52,772 nt of DNA from Planctomycetota bacterium (GTDB lineage Bacteria > Planctomycetota > Planctomycetia > Pirellulales > Lacipirellulaceae). The notes beneath the pieces were generated by a model. The model searched no databases and was not told the DNA's origin. It worked only from the letters and a program-made list of their open reading frames with translations. Positions 1-9,034 of the stretch are shown here, piece after piece. The stretch covers positions 1-52,772 of the forward strand of contig JBCCXZ010000022.1 of the NCBI GenBank assembly GCA_039190745.1, read 5' to 3'. The position numbers and the translations under genes are program-made. Position 1 is the first letter of the stretch. Every line of letters starts with the position of its first letter.

Positions 1-842
1 ACGGTGTTCACGTTCATCGTGCCGTTGAAGCCCCAGGCGTCCTGGACGTCGAGCGTCGACTTGCGGGCGAGGTTCATCGTGCTGCTGAACGCCGGGTCGG
101 ACGCCGGGACGATCGGGATATTGAGGTCGAGGGTCCCCGAGGCGAGCAGGTTGACGGTCGAACCGCCTTGGTCGAGGTCGGCGGTGACGTCGGGGTCGGT
201 GGCGTTGATGGTGAGCGTGCGGGCAACGTCGGTGAAGATGAGCAATCCGTCGGTGGCGTTGCCGACACTGAGCGTGCCGCCCGAGAGGGTGAACCGAGAC
301 TCGCTGCCTGGGGCGGCGTCTTCGAGGTCGATGTTGCCGTAGCCGATGAGCGTGGCGCCGGATTCGACGTCGAGCCGGCCGTCGCCGCTGTTGCCGTCAA
401 CTTCCAAGCGTCCGCCGAGCATGCGGACCGTGGCGTTGTTGGTCACGTCTAGGAAGTCGACGTCGAACGAGTCGGAGGCTCCGCCGTTGTTGGGCCTCAC
501 CAGCAACTCGGTATCGAGGCCCGTGATGCTGGCCGAGGTGGCGATCAGTTCGAAGGCGTCGGTGTCGAATTCGTTTCCGCTCTGCAGGTTGAGCGTGAGG
601 ACGGTGTCGTTGATGTCGAGCGTGACGCGCGTGCCCTCGGTGCCGGGGACGTCGCCGATGGTGACGTCGTCGCCCGATGCGGGCACGCCGGGGGGTGTCC
701 AGTTGCTGCCGTTATTCCAGTTGCTGTTGACGGCGGAGTTCCAGCTCACCGGCGCGGCGTTGGCGGCGGTTGCCGCGAGGGCGGCCGTGGCGAGTAGTGC
801 CCAACGGCCGTGTGCGGAAAGGATCGGGGAAGCGGGTTTCAT
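1..842 (-). CDS. Secreted beta-strand-repeat (autotransporter/PEP-CTERM-like) exoprotein; 5' part only, runs off the left edge
   Basis: Not in the ORF track; translated by hand from ATG at 842: MKPASPILSAHGRWALLATAALAATAANA|APVSWNSAVNSNWNNGSNWTPPGVPASGDDVTIGD..., open to position 1. Signal peptide, W-x-N-x-x-NW-x-P-x-G-x-P motif and Gly/Asn/Thr/Asp-rich beta repeats. The C-terminus is not visible, so PEP-CTERM is unconfirmed. Confidence 0.75.
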   Translation of the reverse strand, partial: MKPASPILSAHGRWALLATAALAATAANAAPVSWNSAVNSNWNNGSNWTPPGVPASGDDVTIGDVPGTEGTRVTLDINDTVLTLNLQSGNEFDTDAFELIATSASITGLDTELLVRPNNGGASDSFDVDFLDVTNNATVRMLGGRLEVDGNSGDGRLDVESGATLIGYGNIDLEDAAPGSESRFTLSGGTLSVGNATDGLLIFTDVARTLTINATDPDVTADLDQGGSTVNLLASGTLDLNIPIVPASDPAFSSTMNLARKSTLDVQDAWGFNGTMNVNT

Positions 843-1508
843 AGATCTTCTCTCTGTCTGAGCGTGTTTGGTTGTGTGTTCTGAGCAGGCAGTGTCCGAG
901 GCAGAGCGGTTAAGACCCGAGAAGCAGCAGAAGCGGGAGCCGAGGAGCAGCTTGCGTAGGCCGCGTATTCTCCGATGCGGCGAAGGAGCGCCGGTGCTGC
1001 TGTATGGTTCGCGCTCCCAACTGAACTGACCGCGGACCGATCGGCAGCAGATTTAGCCGGCGGGCCCCACCGGGCGGACGCCGGGCGGGACGCTGGCGGG
1101 CCAGTAGCCAAAGGCGACGAGAGATTGTCCGCCGGGGCGTGGTCCGCCGAAGCAGCGGCTTGTCAGCATCAGCCGAGACGGCACGCGCTTGGAAACGCCT
1201 CCCCAGGCGGCTTCCGGCGACCGAGTTAACTCCAAGACTCGAGTTCTGAACAGGCAGACAGCGTCCGCAATGTAGCGGAACGCTTGCCCGGGGCAAGACT
1301 TTTTGCCCGAAGAGAGCCTCGGGGATCGACTGGTGCTTAGGGCGCCATCGTGTCCGTGCATGCCTTGTTGCTCCCGCCGGCGGCCGGCGTACTGCAGGAT
1401 GTGTGAGCTTGGTGGCTCTTCCGTTCCTGCTGCATAGAGCGGGAGACCAGGGCAGATGTTACGCGGGCGGCGGGCGTGAACGAATCGACTACGCCGCCGC
1501 GGCCCCGC

Positions 1509-3593
1509 TTAATGGGCGAGCGTTTCGTGAAGCCGCGTCTTGATCTCCGACCACTGGATGGCCGAGCCGACGAGGCGACCGTCGGGGCCGATGAGGTAGT
1601 ACGTCGGAACAGAGCTGAGCGCGAGCTGCCGGGCGAGCGGGGAGTTGTCGCCGAGGTAGGACTGCGACCAGCCCAAGTCGAGCCGCTCCGCGGCGGCGCG
1701 GCCAGCCGCGGGGTGGGCGTCGACGTTGAGCCCTACGAGCGTGAGAGGTTGGTCGGCGATTTGTTCTGCGGTCGCTTTCACGTCGGGCATCGCTTGCAGG
1801 CAGGGGGCGCACCAGCTTGCCCACACGTGCACCAGCACGTAGCGGCCGTCGTCCTCGAAGACGCTCCGGCGACGCCCGGAGGCGTCGGTGTACTGGAAGG
1901 CCCGCATGTCGCTCCCCGAGCGGGGGCCGGCTCGGCAGGGGACTTCGATGAGGCCTGCGTCGACCGTGCCCGATTGGGCTTCCACTTCGGTCACTTCGAT
2001 CGGCACAACCTTGGCGCCGATGGTTTCGACGAGACAGCCGGCAGGCTCTTCGTAGAGCCGGATCAGCAGGTCGTACTTCCCGGGCGGAACGCCGCATACG
2101 CGGAAGGAGCCGTTAGGGGCCAGTTTCACGAAGTAGTGCGGCTTCGTCTTGAGCCACGCATAGAAGTTGCCATCGAGCGCCCAGGACGGCTCGACCGGTT
2201 CCGACGGGTCGAAGCTGAGCGTGGCGAAATCGCTCGGCAGCGGCAGGCCGCCGTCACGGTGGATGAGGTAGTTGAGTGACCAGTTCTTGTCGATCGATTG
2301 TTCTTCGATTCCGGTCTCAGCGACCGTTCCGGTGACGACTGCGCCCTCTTTCCCGAGGGAGACGCTGTGCTCTTGCCGCGGGTTGAGGCTGATCGGGAGG
2401 AACTGGGAAGCGGTCAGAGGAGATTCTTCCCAAGGACCAAGCCGTGTTCCAACGGAACCGATCGTTGGAGGGAGCCGGTCGAATCGGAAGCGGCCTTGTG
2501 CGTCGCTCTTTGCGGGCCACGAGTCGTAAACTTTCGGTGCGCCTGGATCGTTGGCTTTAATACGGTAGAAGTTGATTCTCTGGTCGGCAACCGGCTCGCG
2601 GTCCTGCCAAAGCGTGCCTTCTAGGCTCGCCCAAGACTGGAGGACGACATGGAGTTCCGAGTCTTCGGGGCCACGATTGACGTGCCCGAAACCGGCCTCG
2701 GGGTGGGAGACAACGACCCGGATCGGGTCGGCGGTTCGCGGGAATTGAAAGGCGCCGTGTTCGTCTGTTTCGACCGCGGGCGTGCCGTACACGGGCTCGC
2801 CACTCTCCAGGTTGGCGGCGACCGAAGGAGTGGCGAGCGCGACTTTGGCGCCAATAACCGGCTGATTACTGGAATCTACAACGCGGCCCTGCACCGCGAA
2901 GCCGCGCTGCATCGTGATTGTCGCCGAACCGTCTCGCAGTTGCTGCGTTGTAATCCCCCACGCATCCTGGAGCGTGCCCCATTGGGCGTCGCTCACGTAG
3001 TCTTCGTGGCTGACCTTCAAGCTGAAACGGTGATCGCCGCCTTGGGTCGGCGGACACGGCGCGTTGGTGACCTGCCAACGTCCGGTCTCGTCGGTCCGCA
3101 CGCCTGAGTAGCTCAACCATTTCCCGAGGATCGGTTCGGCGTCCGGCCCCCATTCGGGCTCTGAGGCATTGAGTGATACCGCGACTTTGGCGTCTGCGAT
3201 GGGTTGCCCCGCTTCGTTGACGATCCGGCCGTGCAAGCGTGTTGCGAGCGGCAAGTGGAACTCGATGCGGTCGCGGATCAGCAGCCCTTCGTCGTGGACG
3301 CCCTCGGCGAAATTGAGGAATTTCTTCGCGTAGCCTTCCTTACCGGCCCAGAGCCGGAGGATCTTGAGCCGCTTCGGAGCCGATACGCGGGCAACGCCCT
3401 CGGCGTCAGTCGTGTAGTCGGTGTTTGGGAAATCGACCCCGTCGGGCATCTCCCAGATGGAAGCCAGCACGTTGGCCCCTTCGAGCGGTTTGCCCGCTTC
3501 GTCCAGCACGACGACTTCCAGGGTTCGGGCGTCGGGCTCAGCGTGGGAAACAAGGGGAATAGCGAGCGTCAGCAGCAACGCAGCGGGTTTCAT
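1509..3593 (-). CDS. Secreted protein with carboxypeptidase-regulatory-like beta-sandwich repeats and a C-terminal TlpA/redoxin domain
   Basis: Signal peptide MKPAALLLTLAIPLVSHA; repeated G-x-V-x-D-x-x-G-x-P-I-x-G-A...TD-x-x-G-x-F units; C-terminal VLVHVWASWCAPC and VPTYYLIGPDG thioredoxin motifs. Confidence 0.8.
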   Translation of the reverse strand: MKPAALLLTLAIPLVSHAEPDARTLEVVVLDEAGKPLEGANVLASIWEMPDGVDFPNTDYTTDAEGVARVSAPKRLKILRLWAGKEGYAKKFLNFAEGVHDEGLLIRDRIEFHLPLATRLHGRIVNEAGQPIADAKVAVSLNASEPEWGPDAEPILGKWLSYSGVRTDETGRWQVTNAPCPPTQGGDHRFSLKVSHEDYVSDAQWGTLQDAWGITTQQLRDGSATITMQRGFAVQGRVVDSSNQPVIGAKVALATPSVAANLESGEPVYGTPAVETDEHGAFQFPRTADPIRVVVSHPEAGFGHVNRGPEDSELHVVLQSWASLEGTLWQDREPVADQRINFYRIKANDPGAPKVYDSWPAKSDAQGRFRFDRLPPTIGSVGTRLGPWEESPLTASQFLPISLNPRQEHSVSLGKEGAVVTGTVAETGIEEQSIDKNWSLNYLIHRDGGLPLPSDFATLSFDPSEPVEPSWALDGNFYAWLKTKPHYFVKLAPNGSFRVCGVPPGKYDLLIRLYEEPAGCLVETIGAKVVPIEVTEVEAQSGTVDAGLIEVPCRAGPRSGSDMRAFQYTDASGRRRSVFEDDGRYVLVHVWASWCAPCLQAMPDVKATAEQIADQPLTLVGLNVDAHPAAGRAAAERLDLGWSQSYLGDNSPLARQLALSSVPTYYLIGPDGRLVGSAIQWSEIKTRLHETLAH

Positions 3594-3731
3594 GGCGATT
3601 CGATGGCGCGGGGTCTTGCGGGCGATGACCCCGCGAGGGTAGCACAAGCAGACACCGAGCTCCAAACTGCGACGGCTGCTTGCCGCATCGCTTGATCAAA
3701 TCCACTCGAGTCAACCGCCACACGCTGACGG

Positions 3732-4535
3732 CTACTCAACCCGCAGGTCTTCCAGCCCCGGCTCGGCGGGCGGGAACTGGGGGTCGAGCCGCTGGAGGGT
3801 TTCCAGCAGGATGCGGCCCACGGTGAGATTGCGGTACCACTTGCGGTCTGACGGCACGATGTGCCACGGGGCGTAGGAGGTGTTGCAGCGTGTGAGGGCG
3901 TCTTCGTAGGCGCTTTGGTAATCGTCCCAGAAAGCGCGCTCGGCGATGTCGGCCTTCGAGAACTTCCACCGCTTGTGGGGGTTGTCGAGCCGGGCCTGGA
4001 GCCGCTCACGCTGCTCCTCTTTGCTGATGTGCAGGAAGCACTTGACGAGGGTGACGTTACCCTCGGTGAGGAGCCGCTCAAACTCGTTGATGCGGTTGTA
4101 GCGGGAGCGCCATTCCTCCTCGGGGACCAGGTTGTGGACGCGCACCACGAGCACGTCTTCATAGTGCGAGCGGTTGAAGATGCCGATGTTGCCGCGGCGG
4201 GGCACGCGGCGGTGGATGCGCCAGAGGAAGTTGTGGTCGAGCTCTTCGGCGCTGGGCTGCTTGAACGGCACAACGGTGCAGCTCTGGGGGCTGACGCCGG
4301 TCATCACAGTGCGGATGGTGCCGTCCTTGCCGGCGGTATCCATGCCCTGCAGCACCAGTAGCACGCTGCGGCGGTTCTCGGCGTAGAGTCGGTAGGCCAA
4401 GTCACGGGTGGCCTCGGCGTTTCGTTCGATGTGCTCTTTCGCGGATTGCTTGTCCCAGTCGCCGTCGACGTGGCGGGGGTCGAAGTCCTGCAGGTGGATC
4501 TGCACGCCGGGGTCGACGCTAAGGGGCTGGTGCAT
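3732..4535 (-). CDS. ppk2: Polyphosphate kinase 2 family (polyphosphate:nucleotide phosphotransferase)
   Basis: QGMDTAGKDG Walker A, FNRSHYEDVL, FLHISKEEQRERL, APWHIVPSDRKWYRN. Confidence 0.93.
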   Translation of the reverse strand: MHQPLSVDPGVQIHLQDFDPRHVDGDWDKQSAKEHIERNAEATRDLAYRLYAENRRSVLLVLQGMDTAGKDGTIRTVMTGVSPQSCTVVPFKQPSAEELDHNFLWRIHRRVPRRGNIGIFNRSHYEDVLVVRVHNLVPEEEWRSRYNRINEFERLLTEGNVTLVKCFLHISKEEQRERLQARLDNPHKRWKFSKADIAERAFWDDYQSAYEDALTRCNTSYAPWHIVPSDRKWYRNLTVGRILLETLQRLDPQFPPAEPGLEDLRVE

Positions 4536-4582
4536 CGGGGTCTCTCGTCGCGATAACATCTGGGACAGTCGCCGGGGCCCAG

Positions 4583-4588
4583 TATAAT
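4583..4588 (+). promoter_or_regulatory. Candidate sigma70 -10 box upstream of the PhyH-like gene
   Basis: Perfect TATAAT in the divergent ppk2/phyH intergenic region, 85 nt before the ATG; no clear -35. Confidence 0.35.
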
Positions 4589-4673
4589 CGGCCGTTGTGG
4601 CGGGTGCTTCGTGGGCGGCGCGGGCCGCTTCGGGACGCCCGGCTGGCGGCAAATCAACAGGGGGCAGCGGGCG

Positions 4674-5549
4674 ATGGCAACAGACCTTTCCGATCGGCAC
4701 GGGCCGGTCTCCGACTTGTTCCCCGGGATGGATTCGCCCGATGTCTACGAGCGGTACGCGTTGACCGACGAACAGGTCAAGACCTACCACGAGCGCGGCT
4801 ACGTCGCGGGCATGCGGCTCTTGGACGAACAGCAGATCGAGGCGTTGCGTGCGGAGCTGGCCGACGTGATGCGGCCGGACCACGACGGGGTCGAGCTGTG
4901 GCACGAGTTCTTCGCGAACGAATCGGGCGACGACCAGAACGTGTTGTTCCACGCGCTGGGCGCGTGGCGGCTGCGGGAGGCGCTGCACGACGTGCTGTGG
5001 AACCCCGCCTTCGTCGTGCCCGCGAGCCAGTTGCTAGGAGGGCCGGTGCGGTTCTGGCACGACCAGTTGTTCTGCAAGCCGGCCCGCCACGGGGGCGTGG
5101 TCGCTTGGCACCAGGACTACTCTTACTGGACGCGCACCAAGCCGCTGGCGCACCTGACGTGCTGGATCGGCCTGGACGACGCGACGACCGAGAACGGCTG
5201 CCTGCACTACGTGCCGGGTTCGCACGCCTGGCCGCTGCTGCCGACAACCAACCTGGCCGAGGGGATGGACGCGATCAAAGAGGTGCTCTCGCCCGAGCAG
5301 CGGGAGCAGTTCGTCCCCGAGCCGTGCGAGCTGCGGGCCGGTGAGGCGAGCTTCCACCACGCGATGACCGTCCACGGCAGCTACGCCAACCGGAGCGACC
5401 GGCCGCGGCGTGGGCTGGTGATCAACGTGTTCCGCGACGGGGTGTGCTCCGACCAGGACGAGCCGATGCTGAAAGGGTCCGACCCGATTCCCGCGGGGGC
5501 GCCGATGGGCGGGCGGTTCCACCCGCTGTTGTTCGCGGGCCAGCCCTAA
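4674..5549 (+). CDS. Phytanoyl-CoA dioxygenase family (Fe(II)/2-oxoglutarate) protein
   Basis: KP...WHQD (HxD), TCWIGLDDATTENGCLHYVPGSH, distal HGS..N.S...RR motif. Confidence 0.9.
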   Translation: MATDLSDRHGPVSDLFPGMDSPDVYERYALTDEQVKTYHERGYVAGMRLLDEQQIEALRAELADVMRPDHDGVELWHEFFANESGDDQNVLFHALGAWRLREALHDVLWNPAFVVPASQLLGGPVRFWHDQLFCKPARHGGVVAWHQDYSYWTRTKPLAHLTCWIGLDDATTENGCLHYVPGSHAWPLLPTTNLAEGMDAIKEVLSPEQREQFVPEPCELRAGEASFHHAMTVHGSYANRSDRPRRGLVINVFRDGVCSDQDEPMLKGSDPIPAGAPMGGRFHPLLFAGQP

Positions 5550-5556
5550 GTTGAGC

Positions 5557-5650
5557 GGTGCCATGGCCACACTTGTGTGGCCATGCTGAATTTGGCAGTG
5601 CACTCTTTTGCCGGGCCGACACATGCCCACGCGAGCGTGGGCATGGCACC
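5557..5650. repeat. REP-like doublet family A (GGTGCCATG-headed palindromes), copy 1
   Basis: GGTGCCATGGCCACACTTGTGTGGCCATG ... CATGCCCACGCGAGCGTGGGCATGGCACC as inverted arms between convergent genes; second copy at 38474. Confidence 0.85.
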
Positions 5651-5661
5651 AAAGCACGGGA

Positions 5662-6186
5662 CTAGGCGGCCCCGAGTCCGGCCATGCGGCGCCAAGCGCT
5701 GAACTGGCCGAGGTGCACCATCATGTGGCCGCCGCCGTAGAAGGCGAGCACCGAGCCCTTGGTCGGGAAGCGGGGGATCATCGCCGCGACGGGGTTCTCT
5801 TCGTCGAGCATGCCGTCGGGCGCCGAACGGAGCGCGGCGATGCCGGCCTCGTAGCCTTTCTTGAAAGCGGCGATGACTTCTTCCATTGGCGGGTAGATCG
5901 TGCCCTCCGGATCGTCCTGGCACTTGGCGTCTTTCGAGAAGACCGCGGCGAAGCCCTCCGGCGCCGCGACCGAGGCGGCGTCGCCGCCGCAGTGGTCGAC
6001 AATCCGCTCTCCGTAGAGCGCGAGGTGGCCCAGGATGAAGGCGGGGTGGTTGGACTCGATGACCTCGCCCCCCGGCGCGGCGAAGCGGGCGAAGCGGTCG
6101 GCGGGCACGCCCTTCAGCAGCGTGTCGGCGTAGTCGACGCAGCGTTGGACGGAGTCGGCGATGTTGTTTCCAAAGGAGCGGGGCAT
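5662..6186 (-). CDS. DinB-superfamily protein
   Basis: NHPAFILGHL and C-terminal H-x-x-x-H-LGQ-x-S-x-WRR-x-x-GL pattern. Confidence 0.75.
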   Translation of the reverse strand: MPRSFGNNIADSVQRCVDYADTLLKGVPADRFARFAAPGGEVIESNHPAFILGHLALYGERIVDHCGGDAASVAAPEGFAAVFSKDAKCQDDPEGTIYPPMEEVIAAFKKGYEAGIAALRSAPDGMLDEENPVAAMIPRFPTKGSVLAFYGGGHMMVHLGQFSAWRRMAGLGAA

Positions 6187-6439
6187 GGGGCGGTCCTCTC
6201 TGCGGGTTGCTAGCGGCGGGGCTCCGCTCATGGTACGCACCGCGCGGTGCGGACGGAAGCGACCACGATTCAAGCCGAAGCGCATGACTTCGGCCAACCG
6301 CGATTCCGGTGCTGGCAAGCTTTAACGGCCGCGGGGCGGCTGCTCAATGTGCGGGGAGTCGCGGTTCGATGGCACGTTGTGGATCGGTCCGCTTGTGCGG
6401 ATTGTGCTTGCAACGCTGTCGCCCTGGCACTGGCCCCGA

Positions 6440-8863
6440 ATGACTCACCCGAAACCAACGCGCCGGCCCGCCAGGTACGCGCCGTGGATGGCGCTCGCGG
6501 TCACGGTCTCGGTTGGGGCGTTAACGGCGTTGCTGGCTGCGCCGTCCGGCGAGCCGGCGACGGCTCGGGCCCGGGTGGTTGAGGTCTCTCAAACGGAGGC
6601 GGTTCCGCAACGGGCGGATCAGATCGAGGCGATGCTCGCCGGCGCCGGCTGCCCGGGGTGGATGGTGCTTGCGGAAGAAGGGGACGAAGCCTTGGGGCCG
6701 CCGACGCACGAAGACTTGGTGCGTCAGGCGTCTGTGGAAGCCGAGGTCCGAATGGCGCTGAAGGCGCGGGCGGTCGCTTCTTCGACGGACGACCCCGACG
6801 ACCTGCTCGGCGGGGAAGAGGACTTGCTGCTAGCGCCGGCAGGCCTGCCCGATGAGCTGGACGGGCCTGCACTCGTGGCGGAACCAGAGGCCGAAATCGA
6901 AACACCACCGGTCGCGGTAGAAGAATCTCCATCGCTGGTCGACGACGACTTGCTTCTCGATGACGACCTGCTGATGGAAGAGGCCCCTGGGCCTGAGCGG
7001 CCGCCGGCGCAGAGCGAAACCGAGCGGCTCTTGGAGCTGCTGCGGGACCGCAGCGACCTCCTCGAAGGGACGCCCCCAACGTCGCCGGCCGTTGCACCGA
7101 GTGAAGCGCCGATTGGAGTGCTGCCTGCGCCGCCGGCGGTCACTCCGATGGCGCCGCATTCGTTGCCCTCGCAGGCCGCTGCGGCTCCGCCCACGAAGCC
7201 GGGCGAGAAGAAGACCTACTGCGAGTTCCTCGCCGACGAGCTGTACCCCTCGGCCGAGACGTGCCGCACCTGCCACGAGAAGATCTACGGCGAGTGGCGG
7301 GTGTCGAGCCACGCCTATGCGTTCATCTCGCCGATGTTCCACAAGTTTGAGCAGACGATCAGCGAGATCTCCCGCGGCACGGTCGGTTACTTCTGCTACC
7401 GGTGCCATTCGCCGGTGGGCACGAGCCTGGGCATCGACCGCACCGCCCCGATGTGGGACATCCCGCCCGTGGCCCGCGAGGGCGTCACCTGCATCGCCTG
7501 CCACCGCGTGAACCACCGCTACGGCAAAGTGAACGGCGAGCGGCGGATCGAGCCGGGCAACCTCTACGCGCCGGTGTACGGCTCGATCGGCGGCGGCGGC
7601 GTCGCGCAGGTCATCGCCAACGCCGACCACTACAAGGTGAAGACCTCGCCCCACCAGAAGGGGCCGGGCCAACCCATCCACATCTGGGGCAAGTACTTCG
7701 ACCAGCTCAGCAAGCCTGAGTTCTGCGTCTCGTGCCACCAGGTGGCGGTGCAGCCGGGCATCAAGCTGGAAGTCGTGTGGGAGCAGTACCGGGCGTCGCC
7801 CGCGTGCAAGAAGGGCGTCTCCTGCCAGGACTGCCACATGGGCCGCATCCCCGGCGTGCCGAGCGGGTACGAGGTCGGCGCGGCGGCCGTCGTGGCGAAG
7901 AAGACCGTCTCGCAGCACCGCAAACACGCCAATCACTTGTTCTACGGGCCGGGGTATTCGATCGCGCACCCGGGCGTGTTCCCGTTCAACCCGGATGCGA
8001 AGCGGTGGTCGATCGACCAGTGGTTGCAGTTCGACTACCGAGCCGGCTGGGGCACCGATGCGTTTGAAGACGCGCTCGCGCGGGGCGAGTTCGTCGCGCA
8101 CTTCCCCCCGGTGTGGGCGAACGTCGACGACCGGTACGACGCCCGCGAGATCCTCGACGACAACCAGAAGGTGCTCGACGCCAAAGACCTCACCCGCCAG
8201 CGGGTGCTGGAGAACGGCTCGCACGTCGACGGGCCGTACTTCGACACGCCGCTGGTGCGGGGCCGCGACCTGCGGCTGCACTACGTGGTGACCAACACCA
8301 ACGAGGGGCACAACCTGCCGACCGGCTCGCTGGGCGCCCAGCCGCAGCTGTGGGCGAACGTCGTGCTGATCGGCCCGCGCGGCAACCGGCTCTGGGAGTC
8401 GGGCTACACCGACCGCTGGGGCGACGTGGCCGACATCCACTCGATCGGCGTGCGGCACAAGCAGGTGCCGTTCGACACGCAGCTGTTCAACTTGCAGACG
8501 ATGTTCCTGATCACGAGCGTGAAGGGCGCCGACCGCGAGTTCCCGCTGCCGGTGAACGTCTCGTTCGACCCCCTGCCCTTCCTGCGGCCGGGGGTGCAGC
8601 CGATCAGCACAATGAACCACCCGCCGTTCATCCGGATGGAGGGGCGTTCGCTGGCGCCGCTCGGCTCACGCCGCGTGCCTTACAAGATCCCCGCGCACCT
8701 GCTCACCGAGCCGGGCTGCTACCGGCTGAGCTTCCGCATGCGGAGCCGGGCCGAGCCTATCTACTTCATGCGGTTCTGCAACGCCACGATGGAGATGCAG
8801 CGGGCGATGAACGAGGGGATTTGTGATTTTCATCAGTCTTCGGTGACGTTCAGGATTGAATAG
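6440..8863 (+). CDS. Pentaheme c-type cytochrome (c554/c552-like) with an acidic low-complexity N-terminal linker and C-terminal beta domain
   Basis: N-terminal signal/TM segment; five CxxCH (CRTCH, CYRCH, CIACH, CVSCH, CQDCH); EW..S.HA.A and GHNLPTG motifs. Confidence 0.88.
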   Translation: MTHPKPTRRPARYAPWMALAVTVSVGALTALLAAPSGEPATARARVVEVSQTEAVPQRADQIEAMLAGAGCPGWMVLAEEGDEALGPPTHEDLVRQASVEAEVRMALKARAVASSTDDPDDLLGGEEDLLLAPAGLPDELDGPALVAEPEAEIETPPVAVEESPSLVDDDLLLDDDLLMEEAPGPERPPAQSETERLLELLRDRSDLLEGTPPTSPAVAPSEAPIGVLPAPPAVTPMAPHSLPSQAAAAPPTKPGEKKTYCEFLADELYPSAETCRTCHEKIYGEWRVSSHAYAFISPMFHKFEQTISEISRGTVGYFCYRCHSPVGTSLGIDRTAPMWDIPPVAREGVTCIACHRVNHRYGKVNGERRIEPGNLYAPVYGSIGGGGVAQVIANADHYKVKTSPHQKGPGQPIHIWGKYFDQLSKPEFCVSCHQVAVQPGIKLEVVWEQYRASPACKKGVSCQDCHMGRIPGVPSGYEVGAAAVVAKKTVSQHRKHANHLFYGPGYSIAHPGVFPFNPDAKRWSIDQWLQFDYRAGWGTDAFEDALARGEFVAHFPPVWANVDDRYDAREILDDNQKVLDAKDLTRQRVLENGSHVDGPYFDTPLVRGRDLRLHYVVTNTNEGHNLPTGSLGAQPQLWANVVLIGPRGNRLWESGYTDRWGDVADIHSIGVRHKQVPFDTQLFNLQTMFLITSVKGADREFPLPVNVSFDPLPFLRPGVQPISTMNHPPFIRMEGRSLAPLGSRRVPYKIPAHLLTEPGCYRLSFRMRSRAEPIYFMRFCNATMEMQRAMNEGICDFHQSSVTFRIE

Positions 8864-8903
8864 TTGTCAGTTGTCAGTTGGCAGTTGTCAGTTGTCAGTT
8901 GTT
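8862..8903. repeat. Heptamer tandem repeat (AGTTGTC)x6
   Basis: agttgtc agttgtc agttggc agttgtc agttgtc agttgtt, starting within the cytochrome stop codon. Confidence 0.9.
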
Positions 8904-8910
8904 GAGGGTT

Positions 8911-8938
8911 GGGGGACAGGAGACAGGGAACGGGGGAC
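8911..8938. repeat. Purine-rich heptamer repeat (RGGRRAC)x4
   Basis: gggggac aggagac agggaac gggggac. Confidence 0.6.
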
Positions 8939-8946
8939 GGGAAATT

Positions 8947-9017
8947 GTAGGAGGCCTCTCTGAGGCCGATTTCGGATTGCGAACAGGAGCGGTATCGGGC
9001 TCGGAGAGCCCTCCTAC
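8947..9017. repeat. REPIN-like doublet family B (GTAG/GTGG-GAGG-CTCTC), copy 1, 71 bp
   Basis: GTAGGAGGCCTCTCTGAGGCCGAT ... ATCGGGCTCGGAGAGCCCTCCTAC. Confidence 0.85.
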
Positions 9018-9034
9018 AGAATGTTTGGTAATGC

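Noticed and set aside
4..861. Plus-strand ORFs 4-342, 168-452 and 346-861
   Set aside because: Antisense shadows of the minus-strand exoprotein gene that starts at 842.
6440..8863. Calling the pentaheme NrfA or the multihemes HAO/MtrA
   Set aside because: No CxxCK motif (NrfA), no octaheme protein (HAO), and the decaheme has a TM anchor plus a long heme-free insert unlike MtrA.
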